From assembly GCF_000315625.1 (NCBI RefSeq), contig NW_005434574.1, forward strand, positions 215,719 to 279,718: a stretch of DNA of 64,000 nucleotides. Direction: 5' to 3'. The position numbers were made by a program, and so were the translations under genes. The DNA is from Guillardia theta CCMP2712 (taxonomy: Eukaryota > Protista > Cryptophyta). Shown here in pieces: positions 11,357 to 23,638 of this stretch. Position 1 is the stretch's first letter; every line of letters starts with the position of its first letter. The notes under the pieces are model-generated. The model ran no database searches. It had not been told where the DNA came from and was given only the letters and a program-made list of their open reading frames with translations.

Positions 11357-12553
11357 CTATCTATTGCCTAACATCGCCGACAATGCATGAACAAAACAAC
11401 CGCTGCGAAAATTGCTCTGCATTCGCCATGCCTCTACCTCCTCAAGAAGCTCCGCCGCCCTCGGCCTCTCCTTCCCCTCCCCCGCCCATGATCGCCTCAT
11501 TATCCCCTGTAGCTCCCTTGGCATCATCCGCTCGCTCAGCACTGCCGGACGACACTCGTATTTAGCTGCCATGCTGGCCACCGAGTATCCGTCGATGTTG
11601 CAGAAGGGATGCTCCCCGGAGAAGATGTACCACATCACCAGCGAGAAAGAGTACACGTCCACCGCCGCCGTGTACTGACCCTCTCCCCGGAAGATCTCCG
11701 GCGCCATGTACCGGTACGTCCCTGCTCTGGCTGTCATTTCGCATTCGATACCAAGATCGAGTTTGTCCGCCATCTCTGAGTCTTGAAGATTGCACGCTCC
11801 CCAGGATGGGCATCTCCTACTCACTCCAAAGTCCCCGATCTTCACCGTCCTCCCGTCCCCCGTCAGCAGCATGTTGGCCGGCTTGATGTCTCGGTGGATC
11901 ACCGGCGGCTTCTGCGCGTGCAGGTACGCCAGCGCGCTCAGGATGTCCTCCACCCACGACACTGCCCTCCTCGTCTCGGGCCGCCAGCGCCCGTCCCGTC
12001 GCGACTTCTTCTTGGCCTCGTAGTACTGCTCCAGGCTCCCCCCCGGCATCAGCTCCATCACCAGCCACGGCAGCCCGTCGTGCTCGTAGATGCCGTAGAA
12101 GTCCACCACGTTCTTGTGCCGGAACGCGTGGCTCATCATGCCGATCTCCTTGAGCAGGTCCTTGCCCTCCTCGGACCGGGCGTCGAGCTTGGAGCACAGG
12201 GTCTTGACGGCGACCTGCCTGCCGTTGTAGAGGGCGCTCCTGACCTCCCCGCAGGAGCCTTGGCCGAGGACGTCGCCGAAGGTGAGGGAGGATCGACGGA
12301 TGGCGAAGGATCCGCAGCGGATAAGCTCCTTTTTGTGTATTTTATGGTGGGAGGCGAGGTCAAGGAAGACGGGGCAGTCGTCCTCGAGTGAAGATGGCGT
12401 TCTTTTGAGGATTTGCAGTTTTGTTGTTTTCTCCCCGTAATTGATTTCTATGAAACCATACCTGGAGAAGAACGTTGGATCAATCTCTAGTGCCAACATC
12501 CTGCAGTTTGACTCGAAGGACGAACGCTCGGAGCAGCTATCGGTATGGCACAT
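11357..12553 (-). CDS. TKL-family protein kinase (paralog)
   Basis: Complete kinase motif set. Core nearly identical in DNA to 8914-10128. Confidence 0.92.
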   Translation of the reverse strand: MCHTDSCSERSSFESNCRMLALEIDPTFFSRYGFIEINYGEKTTKLQILKRTPSSLEDDCPVFLDLASHHKIHKKELIRCGSFAIRRSSLTFGDVLGQGSCGEVRSALYNGRQVAVKTLCSKLDARSEEGKDLLKEIGMMSHAFRHKNVVDFYGIYEHDGLPWLVMELMPGGSLEQYYEAKKKSRRDGRWRPETRRAVSWVEDILSALAYLHAQKPPVIHRDIKPANMLLTGDGRTVKIGDFGVSRRCPSWGACNLQDSEMADKLDLGIECEMTARAGTYRYMAPEIFRGEGQYTAAVDVYSFSLVMWYIFSGEHPFCNIDGYSVASMAAKYECRPAVLSERMMPRELQGIMRRSWAGEGKERPRAAELLEEVEAWRMQSNFRSGCFVHALSAMLGNR

Positions 12554-12957
12554 CTGATCGCCTTTGTCTTCCCTTGCAACCCTATGGTACCTAGCTGCGG
12601 CTTTTCCGCGTGCCGTTGATACGCCTCCAAGAGGGTAAAATGAGATGTGGAGGTTTGGTTGGTATCAAAAAAAAGTTAGCTAGTTCATTTTTGTTTTTTA
12701 AAAAAGTTCACACTTTTACTACCAAATGTTACGTACCTTCAACTTTACTACACAAATTGCACCTCTTGGCGGAGCGAAAGGTCAACTGACAGGTCAACTT
12801 CGAGAGTGATCCTAGTTTACTACTGTCTATTCCCTCTCCATATCAGGGTACGGCATATGTCCGGGCCCGGCCTGCCGATCCGGACAGACCAGGACCCGGC
12901 CCGGCCTCTGAACTGACTGTCCATCGAGGGGGGCTCGGTTGCAGATGTCCATAAAAA

Positions 12958-14573
12958 ATGGCCATGGTGGTGCGCTGCGAGGGAGGAGGGGACGCGATGG
13001 TTGGAATCGACGAGTGGAACCAAAGATGGATGATTGCAAGAGGAAGGATGGAAACGGAGGAGCGGAAAGGAGAGAAGGAGGAGGGAGGGGGGAAGAGAGA
13101 GGGAGGGAAGACGTCGCAAAGGAAGAAAGACAAAGAAGGTGGTGAGGGGATTGCCGATGACTTGAGCGAGAGGATAAAGTCGATTCTTCGGGGTGGAGAG
13201 GAGATTCCATGGCTTACAGACCTCAAGGTGAGGTTGTGCGAAAAGATCGGTCGGCCGATCAAGATGAACGTGATGAATGCAAGGAGTCTTGATATTGTTC
13301 ATGCTCCTTCAAGCATTGGCTGTTTCCTTTCAGGAATTTTGTGCTCAGACCTGAGGAACTTTCTTCTCTTTTTTTGTAGTGGCCGCTCCGCTGCATTGTT
13401 GTGTTGTACATGCAGGTGCGATTGTGAATGCACTTTGTTTTGCATGTTTGGGTAAACTTGTTTTAGGTTGCTCAAGCATAAGTGCTCAAACGAAGAGATC
13501 TGGCGCCATTATCACGCGAGACTGGTTCAGAGAGAGTGCAGGTTGGGCCTATATGGACTTCTCAGCAAGGTTGCTCACATCTTGATAGACAACATGCTCT
13601 TTTCAACTCAGCAAGTGACTTGTTCGACTGTTACATCAAGAGATGTCAAAGTCGCTGCAATCTCAAGGAGTTGTACGGTATGAGAATGGTAGTGAAGTTG
13701 AAAGATGCCGTATCTCCGTTTTAAGTTGATGTGCAGGAAGCGAGGAGGAATGTGAATAGCGCGTGGGTAGATGTGTTACAGTTCTTTCCTTGGTGAGGTT
13801 GATTTTCCACAATGATCGTACATGTGAGAAAGCATTTTTTCAGTACTAGACTAAATCCCGGGGTTTCGGAACTAGACATCATGCGAATTGAACAGCACAT
13901 CGAAATTATGTTTCCTCTGGAGGTTTGTGAATATTCGATCTTTTTGATGTTTGAAACGAAGAATGACTTGTCGTTCGAACACTGAACAGCTTCGAGAACT
14001 GTACAGACTAGCCGACGGAGAAGAGTCTGGCTTCGACCGCTTCACAGTCAACGGGCTCTTCAATGGAATGCGATTCTTGCCGTTCCATGGTGAGAAGAGA
14101 GATGGAAGTGGACTCGAGGAAGAATAACAACATGAAACATGAAAGAAGCTTGTGAAGTCGCAACAAGGCAAGAAATCCCGCTCGTGGGCATGCCGAATGT
14201 CAGCCGGTGAACGTCACTCCTTGCATCGCTCCGTGTTGGCATGTGGGGAACTGAAGGGAGTCGTTCCCAGTGAAGATTGTTTGTTCCCCATCAGCTCGCT
14301 GGCAGGGCATGGCGAAGTAGGTGAGCTGATTGCGATAAGTTGTCGTTTCGTCACAAACACGTGTATGTGTATTGCTGCGAAGGCGAATGGTACGGCATTT
14401 CCGGCCAAGGGAAAGTCTTCAAGGCAGCTCGTGAGCGTTTGAGGCGACTTTTCACTGAAAATCAGGTTGCAGGTGTCGGGGATGTTCAAGAGGTCGAAAG
14501 GACCTCTTTCAGAGTTCCTGCGATCGCTGTTGCGATGAAGTTGCGCTGGAAGATGAATGTCCGTCAAGAGTAG
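12958..14573 (+). CDS. One or two multi-exon hypothetical genes
   Basis: ATG 12958 exon ends at …WLTDLK|GTGAGG. Further exon-like blocks are bounded by GT/AG (e.g. MTCRSNTEQLRELYRLADGEE…; GVGDVQEVERTSF…RQE* ending 14573). No domain recognised. Confidence 0.3.
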
Positions 14574-14852
14574 TAAAGATTGTAGAGTCGCGATTGAACC
14601 TCCCCAGTACTGCGCATATTCTCAGTGAAAAAAACGTTGTTGGTCTGTTTATTGTGAGAAGGTGTTCAGCATTGAGGAGGGCAATGGGCAAACCCTTCAG
14701 GTGACTGAATGTGATGCTGGAATGCAGACAGCGAGCAAGTTGGAGAACCTGCTGAATGGCCAAACCCAGGGGTTGGGGAAGTGACCGAGCGCTCGGTCAC
14801 ATTCGTTCCATCACTGCGAAGCCATGGTCGGGTCAGAACAGTCCGCCTTCAA

Positions 14853-14905
14853 CGATCTTCCCTCACCTTCGGCAGCGTCCTCGGCCAAGGCTCCTGCGTG
14901 GAAGT
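14853..14905 (+). pseudogene. Kinase N-lobe fragment
   Basis: Encodes RSSLTFGSVLGQGSCVEV, versus RSSLTFGDVLGQGSCGEV in the two minus-strand kinases. No downstream kinase sequence in frame. Confidence 0.7.
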
Positions 14906-15211
14906 AAAACTGCATTGCCGGCCGTCCTCGGGTCAAAAACACGTAAAGTGGACATCAGAACTGAAGAACTCGAAAAGACTGCTTTTCAATACCGTACCAA
15001 ATCTCTGTTTCACCCCGAAATTCCCCTATAACAGTACCCCACCCCCCTTGTCAAAACTCGCGGAAAGTCCTGGTCCCCTTGGCATGCGCAAGGACCGTTG
15101 GCGACTGGCGATGGAGAAGTCAGGTTGAGCACTGAAGATCGTCAAGCCAGGAAGTTTGCATCCTGACAACAACATCATCACTGTGACAAGAGCATCATCG
15201 TTGAGGTGCAG

Positions 15212-16483
15212 ATGATCTCCTATCAAGAGCTCAGAAAGAAGTACTACGTTGCCTGCAACCTCGAATTTCGCCACAATCTGCAGGCTGAGCTTTTTCCTGT
15301 ACAAGAATCCCCCGAGCGAGCAGCTTGTAGCTCTCCTCAGGTAGAGACGATCATCGTGCAAGACCAGGAAGAGAAGAAGAAGACTCCGAGAGCTATCAAA
15401 CCGAGCGCCCTCAAGAAACGATCCTCCCTCGATCAAGATTGCCCCGTCTTCCTGCAGCTTGCCGAAAAGCACAACGTACTCAAGGAGCAAGACCTTGACC
15501 GTTGCGAGACTTTCGTCATACAGAAGACTTCTCTAATGGTCGGCCACTTGATAGGAAGAGGAGCCTCGGGTGAAGTCAGGAGAGCCGATTACATGGGGAA
15601 GAAAGTTGCCGTTAAGACCTGGCGCGACCTTGGCTCCGAGGAGGGCAAGGACCTGCTCAAGGAGATCGGCATGATGAGCCATGCCTTCCGGCACAAGAAC
15701 GTGGTGGACTTCTACGGCATCTACGAGCACGACGGGCTGCCGTGGCTGGTGATGGAGCTGATGCCGGGGGGGAGCCTGGAGCAGTACTACGAGGCCAAGA
15801 AGAAGTCGCGACGGGACGGGCGCTGGCGGCCCGAGACGAGGAGGGCAGTGTCGTGGGTGGAGGACATCCTGAGCGCGCTGGCGTACCTGCACGCGCAGAA
15901 GCCGCCGGTGATCCACCGAGACATCAAGCCGGCCAACATGCTGCTGACGGAGGACGGGAGGACGGTGAAGATCGGGGACTTTGGAGTGAGCAGGAGATGC
16001 CCTCACTCGCTTAGAAACGGTCTGCTGACCCCGAGGTCTATCGTCATGACTCCGAGGAGCTCGCGCGATCCCAGCCCTTTCGCAAGCGACTTGTTTGGGC
16101 CGGAGCTGACAGGGGCGGTCGGCACTTACCGGTACATGGCGCCGGAGATCTTCCGGGGAGAGGGTCAGTACACGGCGGCGGTGGACGTGTACTCTTTCTC
16201 GCTGGTGATGTGGTACATCTTCGCCGGGGAGCATCCCTTCTGCAACATCGACGGACACTCGGTGGCCGGCATGGCAGCTAAGTACAACTTCCGTCCGGCA
16301 GTGCTGAGCGAGCGGATGATGCCGAGGGAGCTACAGGGGATGATGAGGCGATCATGGGCGGGGGAGGGGAAGGAGCGGCCGAGGGCGGCGGAGCTTCTGG
16401 AGGAGGTCGAGGCATGGCAGGAGAAAAAATCGAGGTGTGAACAGCTTTCATTTCGTCGTTTCTTCCCGCATCGCAAGCGTTGA
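15212..16483 (+). CDS. TKL-family protein kinase (paralog)
   Basis: IGRGASGEV, VAVK, HRDIKPAN, DFG, GTYRYMAPE. The 5' end may include an upstream exon. Confidence 0.92.
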   Translation: MISYQELRKKYYVACNLEFRHNLQAELFPVQESPERAACSSPQVETIIVQDQEEKKKTPRAIKPSALKKRSSLDQDCPVFLQLAEKHNVLKEQDLDRCETFVIQKTSLMVGHLIGRGASGEVRRADYMGKKVAVKTWRDLGSEEGKDLLKEIGMMSHAFRHKNVVDFYGIYEHDGLPWLVMELMPGGSLEQYYEAKKKSRRDGRWRPETRRAVSWVEDILSALAYLHAQKPPVIHRDIKPANMLLTEDGRTVKIGDFGVSRRCPHSLRNGLLTPRSIVMTPRSSRDPSPFASDLFGPELTGAVGTYRYMAPEIFRGEGQYTAAVDVYSFSLVMWYIFAGEHPFCNIDGHSVAGMAAKYNFRPAVLSERMMPRELQGMMRRSWAGEGKERPRAAELLEEVEAWQEKKSRCEQLSFRRFFPHRKR

Positions 16484-17322
16484 GAAGCTGTCCCTTTCTT
16501 TTCCAGTGTTGTATTTGATAATTATTCCTTTGTTAAGACGCTGATGCATTTAACCCTTTTGTGGAGGTGTGTTTAGAATCTTGTTTTACAGTCTGTCTAG
16601 AGGGATAATACCATAATCCTCCATTTTCGTTTTGAATACACAAGATTGTTTTGAGGAAGAGAGCTTTACCAAACAAAACTGGGCTGGCCGTAAAAAACAA
16701 GAGACGAAAGGGTCATCGACGAGCTATACGACGAGCTATAAAGCTATGCGATGTCATAACAAATATTGCAGGAAGGGCATACCTGGCAAGAGACCATCGC
16801 GTCAGAGTTTGTTTTCGTCAAGGAAGTTTCCTTGCAAGCTCTGACATCTTATCAAACCAACTTCGATTCTGAGCTTGTCCTGGTAATGCCGTTTGACTCT
16901 TCTAAAGTGCCACGTCACTACCTAGCTTCAGTCAATCTTCTCTGATAACCTTGAGCTCCTTTGGGCGTGGGACGCATGTGGCGTCCTGATGACCAAATCC
17001 GGTCAGTTTTCTTCGCGTGAAAGCAAGAAAGGGTACATGAGGGCATGGAGGTGGGACCTGTCAGATTGTGAGAAAAAAACATGAAAGTCCATGCTCTTGG
17101 TAGCAGATATCATGAGAGACAATATCATTGTTAGCAAACATCATCAGAGACCCGCCCTTGTGAGTAAACATCATACAGATCATTTTCTTGTGGGCTGACA
17201 ATTTGAGGTTTGAATTGCAGATACAATTAGATACAAGAAGTACAGTCGGTAAGAAGCCACAGCATACAAGAAAAGATCACAAATCATTCACGTCATGTAA
17301 ACTTGTTTCAAATGTTGCTCAC

Positions 17323-18610
17323 GTCAACACACCGGATAAAGAATCTCCGTCCTTTCCCAGTTCCGTATGCGCATCCCTGCACACTAAAAGCAGAGTCAGC
17401 TCTGCACCTCCCTCACCTTCTATCCCTGTCTCCAAATCTCCTTCACTTGCTTGCTCCTCCTCTTGCTTTTCTCTTAGCCTGAGCCACTCTCTCTCTCTTC
17501 CACTGTCTCTCCTCTCTATCTCTCTCACCCCCTTCTTCCCTCCTGAGCTCTCCCTGCTACTGTCTCGCTCCCTTCCTCTCTCACTCCCTGCCCTGCCTCT
17601 CCTCTCCATCTCTCCCTGCCACTGTCTCGCTCCCTTCCACGCACGCACATCTTACCTCTCGTTGTATCTGAAAATCCCTCCTCCGATCTAGAGCCTTCAG
17701 GCGAAGCTTGTTGTACTCGCTAATGAGCTATTGGGCCAATGATGAGGGGAGGGAAGGCGGGAGAAGGAGAAGAAGTAGCCAAGGGAGAAGGAGCAGGAGT
17801 ACACAAGAGGATGAGCAGGAGTACACAAGAGGAGGAGCAGGAGTACACAAGAGGAGGTGGAGTAGTAGACGAGAGAGGAGGAGCAGGATTACACAAGAGG
17901 AGTAGTACTAGTAGACGAGAGAGGAGGAGGAGGAGTAGACAAGGGAGGAGGAGGCAAGGGAGACGAGCAGCAAACATACTTTGCTCCTCTCTTCCACATC
18001 GACACTCTTGTTGATCCTCCACGCGCACACGTCGAGCTCGAGCAGGGCATAGTTCACCTTCTCCTCTGTCCTTCGTTACAGTCAGCTTCACCTTGAAATC
18101 CCTAAGGAGATCTGTCCTACCTTTTGAGGGAGTGTGCAGTCTCCTGTATTATTTCCTGTTGCAGCTCGTCTATGCTAGAATCTAGAGTTTTCTAGTAGGA
18201 CAAACTTCAGCATCTGCCATGAATGGAGCAAGCTAACACACCGCCTTGCCACCCAACTTGTTCTCAAGTCTATCAAGGTACCTTGATGAACAAGGTCATG
18301 ATCGCAAGTCAGCACACTGAGGTAACTCTTACTCGCTCTCGAAACCTTCGTCCTTCAATCCCCTAGCCAACCGCTCCCATGGATTGTTTCCGAAGCTAAA
18401 CTTCCACATTCAGCACACAGCACCTCACTCACGTATCACCTCAGGAGGTAGGACAGCATCCTCCTCGCTCCTGCTCCCTCCATCCCCTCCTTTGGCGCGA
18501 CCCAACTTTTGATGTGACAATCAAACAAAAAAGATTCGTCGGGCAGCGATAAGCTCATACCTCTTCATCAGAGCTCGCCGATGTCGAAGTACCCCAGAGA
18601 GGCCCTGGAT
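17323..18610 (-). CDS. Multi-exon hypothetical helical protein (boundaries approximate)
   Basis: GT/AG-bounded exons read …WKFSFGNNPWERLARGLKDEGFE…, …EEKVNYALLELDVCAWRINK…, …ISEYNKLRLKALDRRRDFQIQRE|CAGMRIRNWERTEILYPVL. Confidence 0.5.
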
Positions 18611-19130
18611 AGGCAAGTCAGCACAAAGGAACTGCCCGTCCTCACCATCCTACCTTTCCTGCACGTAGTGTACCTCTTCTTCCCCCCCCTCTGTTCCCCC
18701 TCCTACTTCCCTTTCATCTCTCCTCTGCTTTCCTCCCTTCCTCCCTTCTCTTCTATTTCGGTCTTCACATCCTTACTCTCTCCTCCCTCCCTCCTCCTCC
18801 TCCTCCCCCACCACCTCTTGCACTTGCCTGCATACTGGGTCTCCTTTGTGTATCGATCTGCAGCGAATTGACTACAATACTTACTAGTATGTCCTGTATA
18901 TTGATTATGGCACTTTCAGAGTCTTTGAACATTGACTATAAACCTTGATGATCCGGAATGCAGTAAAAAGGAAGAAAGCCATGGCGAGGAGAGAGGGAGG
19001 AGAGGGAGAGAGAAGAGACAGGGCAGGGGAGACAGGGCAGAGGAGACAGGAGAGGAGGGGAGGGGAGGGGAGGAGGGGAGGGGAGGGGAGGAGGGGAGGG
19101 GAGGAGAGCGCAACGGTTCTGGAGCAAGGA

Positions 19131-20520
19131 ATGGTGCCCAGAGGAAAATTCGCTTTCAATGCCATACTCCTGTACTTGCTTCTTTCGCTGCCCCCCTCCC
19201 TCTCTTTCCCTCCATCTACCATCTTCTCGTCAAGGAGTCGCAACGGACTGTCAACTTGTCCCATCATTCGGATCCAACGAGTCACTAGCCTGTCAGGCCA
19301 GCGGGACGTTGCAAGTTCAGACCTTCTACCGCCTCCTACAACTCAACTCAGCTCCTTCAGCTATAACGTGCATGTCCTCCTTGCTATGATCTACAGCATC
19401 TTTACCATCCCGCTGGTTGCCGTCCTGAAGCTGCTGGGCGTTATCAGGAGGCAGGAATACCGCTTCGAGGACATGCGGGGCAAGGTAGTGGTAGTGACAG
19501 GCTCGAGCTCTGGGGTAGGGTTGTGTACTGCAGCCAGTCTGCATGCGAGTGGAGCGACGGTGATCATGGCGTGTCGGTCAGTGGAGCGAGGAGAGCGAGC
19601 GAAGAAGGAAATCCTTGAGGACTGGGAGAGACGAGGAGGAGGAGGAGGAGGAGGAGGAGGAAGAGGAGGAAGAGGAGGAGGAGGCAGTCTGGTGGCTGAT
19701 GTCGGGCTCGAACCGCACCATGGCGGACAGTTGATCGTGAAGGAGCTGGACACTTCGGACTTTGACAGCGTGAGGAGCTTTACAGCAGACATGAAGGAGA
19801 GTTTCAGCGAGCTGCACGTGCTAGTAAACAACGCGGGGACCAACGGGAAAGACGCCTCGACCCCCCAGCTGTCCAAGCAGGGGAGAGACTATGTCTTTGA
19901 GACGAACTTCGTAGGACACTTCCTCCTGACCCTGTGCCTAGAGGGGATGCTAAGGAGAGCCCGGGGCCGGGTAGTCAACCTTTCGTCCGTCATGCACCAC
20001 TGGGGAACTAAAGATGTGACTCGGACCCTTAAGTCAGCGAGGAGGAAGAACAGCTACAGGGACTCGAAGCTTGCTATGCTGCACTTCACCGCAGAGATCA
20101 GCAGGAGGTGGAAGGGGGACGTCGCTGCTATCGCTGTCAACCCTGGGTTCGTGTCAAGTGACATCTGGCGAGGAGTTTCACGGCAGGGAGTCAAAGGATG
20201 GCTGTTTGACCGCTTCCTCTCCTTCCTCGCTCTCTGTCCAGCTGAAGGCTGCGCTACCTCTGTTGTTGCTGCTGCCATGCAGCTGAACAGCAAGGAAGAG
20301 GGGAAGGCCGGAGGGGGGCAAGCTTCCAGGAAGAAGGAGATACAGAGGACGAGGCATGAATGCTTGTACCTTGTGCCTTACGTTCTTCCTGCGGGGATCA
20401 GGTTGCCTTTTGAGGTCATGGGGCCGTTCATGCGTAAGTTGACGACCGTGATCGACGGATAAAGCTCACTCTGTCAACAGATCCGAGGTGGGCGACACCT
20501 AGGCTACCTGCTGGGGAAGG
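19131..20520 (+). CDS. Short-chain dehydrogenase/reductase (retinol dehydrogenase-like)
   Basis: VTGSSSGVG Rossmann motif, MACRS, LVNNAG, FETNFVGHF, YRDSK catalytic motif, VNPGFV. Intron after 20433 (GTAAGT); the 3' end is approximate. N-terminal hydrophobic segment followed by SLS-FPP. Confidence 0.9.
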
Positions 20521-21184
20521 TAGGAGATCTTAGCTTGTTCGTGAATGGGCTGATGTAACTGCAGTTGAGATTTCGTCACGTTTTTGGGAGATGTGCGAAG
20601 AGGTCACGGGGATGAAAGGCTAGGAGATGAGAGGTAGAAGAGAGGTAGAGGAGAGGAGAGGAGGAGCAGAGGTACGGCAGGGCAGGTGCATGGCATGGCA
20701 GGGCATGGCGGAGCAGAGAAGAGAGGAGGAGGAGGAGAGGAGGAGGAGGAGGAGGAGGAGAGATAAAATTTGGTCTGAAGTTGCAGGAGCGCAGGCAATT
20801 AGAAGCGAAGAGAGGAGAGCAGGTGACGGCTGGAACAGGATCAAACGTGCAGGACAAGAGTGTTTGCATCGCACGCGATGAATACAAAGAATATTTATCT
20901 GTCAGTGTTTGTGTTGTTCGACTTTTGAGATGTACAAGGGTGAGCACTGGCCTTGCTATCGAGCCATCCTCAAACGGGAAGGTGTTTCCCTCCGTTCGCC
21001 GACCTTTCCCTCATTTCCCTCCTCCTCTGCTCCGATTCCAGAGAAAAAAATCAAATCGATCGTCCTGTCGTGGCGAACGAGGAGTTTGCGGGGAGTTCTC
21101 CTGTACGACTCCAGCTGAGGAGAACCTTTAAAAACTCTCTGCTTTCTGACACAGTCCTGTGAACCCCCCCGGGAGAGAGGGTCT

Positions 21185-23046
21185 TCAAGGCCAATCAGCG
21201 GTAGGGTACCCTTGGAACTTTGACAGCAGCTGCGCAGTATCGCCGTCAGGCCGCAGGGCTAGTCAAAGTTTCCTACCTTGACAAAGTAGTAGACAGGGGC
21301 AGCTGTCAGCATGTAGCTGTCAATGCGGTCAAGGATTCCTCCATGTCCTGCTGGGGTGTCAGCTGAGGGCAGACTCAATGAGTCCGCTCACCAGGAAGAA
21401 GATTTCCAGTGTCCTGCAGTCAAGTGAGCACGAGGGCGAGGAAGACGCATCGTGCTCTTGCTCACCTTGACTCCAGCATCCCTCTTGAAAAGCGAGACTG
21501 TCAAATCTCCCAGCAGGCCCAGAGCAGAGATCATGAAGCCGTAGAATGGGCCGGTTATCCACCTTTACCACCTTCAGAGCTAGGCTGCTCCGACCCGTCT
21601 CGCTACCTGACCCTTCCTCCCCTCCCTCCCTCCTCCCTTCTACTCTCTCATTTTCAGGCAACTATACTATTCCACCTTCCTTATCTTCCTTCTTCAACCT
21701 CTCCTAGCCCTTCCCCCCGTTCTCCTCTTCCTCCTTCTTCTCCTCTTCCTCACTCCAACTTACCACAGGGGCCATCCCATGAGACGAGCTCCAGTGGTCG
21801 CAAAGATCGAGCAGAGGGCGACCCCTCCGAAGAATCCCTCCATCGTCTTGTTGGGGCTGACCGATATTCCAGTCCAGTCACTCAGCTTCGTCTTTCCAAA
21901 GTTCTTCCCCGCAAAGTAAGCTCCGACATCTGCCGGGGCGTCATAAACCCTCCAGCTGCCCCCCACCTGGGGCAGCGCGGGGGAGCTCACCGGAGGCCGC
22001 GATGGATATCATGGTCCACCAGGTGACGACGGCGCCTTGGGTGAAGATGTCAGCGGATCCGAGCCCGAGGAAGGAAATCCATTGCATGGTCTCGTGCATC
22101 ATGGGGACTGCCATGACCCGGCTCACTTCCTCCGACGGGATCACGCCGAGGGCCCGCAGTCGAACCCAGAAGGAGGCCAGGTATCCGACGTAGAATATGC
22201 CCATGAATGTAGTCTGCACTGAGGAAATTGTCGTCTTCTCCGACCTCTTCAATGTCAGGAGGTAGCCAACGATCAGTATGTACGCCACCGGGAGCACACA
22301 GTCCGTGTAGGCGAACGGGAGGCCGTAGGCAGTCCCGCATGCTGTCATGTACATGCTCCATAGAACGACAGTCCCGCACTTCTTGGCTGGCTTACACTCG
22401 TTGCTGGCCCGCTCTGCCATGCCGTAGTACTCCAGCAGGGCCCTTGAACCAGCCACCCCGCAAACTAGAGCAAAGGCCCAGGTGCCTGAGAAGATCCAGG
22501 CAGACACCAGAGCTCCCAGCACGACAGAGGTGAAGACTCTTTTCTGTAGCCCCAGCATCTTTCTAATGTTGGAGTTCTTCTCATACTGTACAGTCCCTGG
22601 TTCGCCCTCCAGCTGGGGCGGCACCTGGGATAGAGACGGGCCAAGAGGGATGGCGGCCATGACGCACATGACGACAACGAGGATGATGGGGAATAGAGAG
22701 CCGCGCAGAGCAGACATCGGGATGATGGTGGAGGCCTAGAGGGCACAAGGCAGGGAAGTCAGCGTTCGAGGAGGAGGAGGAGCAAAAATGTATCTACGTC
22801 GGGAAGCAGCTCTTTGGGGAGCAGGGCGACGGCAGTTTGACGAGTCGGCGGCCGTCGAACAGCGGTTGCTAGCCTCCTCCCGTCCCGCCAGCATGGATGT
22901 AATCTGGTATGAGCAAACCTGTTGAGAGCAAGTGGAGCAGGGGATTGCGGAGCGAGGCTGTGGAATCCTAGACAGTGGGGCAGGATGGAGGCCCCAAGTG
23001 CGAGCAGCACCATCAGACAACCGGGGAAAGGATGCATGCCTGACAA
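21185..23046 (-). CDS. Phosphatidate cytidylyltransferase (CDP-DAG synthase, CdsA/plastid CDS type)
   Basis: Spliced exons give [15 protein letters not shown]…[23 protein letters not shown]|DTGNLLP|[11 protein letters not shown] (the CTP_transf_1 signature). Multiple TM helices and a signal-peptide-like N-terminus (HCLG-FHSL). Confidence 0.92.
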
Positions 23047-23446
23047 CGCAAGAGTCTCTGCCGTGCTAAGAGAACATCTTGTTGCGACCCCCTGTACACG
23101 ATTTGTGTTAGCTCAGGACAAAACCTCTGCAGGAGGAGCTCTCGTCACTGTTCTGATTTATGTCTGACGTAGATGACTCTTACTACATAGTACGCATTCA
23201 AGTCTATGGAGCATCTATAGTCGACGTCAACAACCCTGCCTCTGATGACATGACACTCATTTCACGTGTATCAAGCGTGTAGTTCCTACTGATTCATATG
23301 GGTCCCCTGTCAGCACCAGGAGCCTTTGTGCTCGAGGATGAGCTGATTCCCTCCTTCATTTCGCATGTATTCGATTACGCAAATGATTGATACCTATATC
23401 TGTGATTGCTTCGGATTCGTCTACTTCAATATAGTGCTCGTGTCTC

Positions 23447-23638
23447 TTCAAAGTCAATGTTGTTCTCGTATGTTATGATCTAGCTGTCATGCACCACTAC
23501 AACAACCAGGTTCAAAGTCAATGTTGTTCTCGTATGTTATGATCTAGCTGTCATGCACTACTACAACAACCAGGTTCAAAGTCAATTTTGTTCTTGTATG
23601 TTATGATCTAGCTGTCATGCACTACTACAACAACCAGG
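23447..23638. repeat. 64-bp tandem repeat x3
   Basis: Unit TTCAAAGTCAATGTTGTTCTCGTATG…ACAACAACCAGG starts at 23447, 23511 and 23575. Confidence 0.95.

Noticed and set aside
9088-16258. Long antisense or alternate-frame ORFs over the kinases
   Set aside because: By-products of GC-rich codon usage in the kinase cores.
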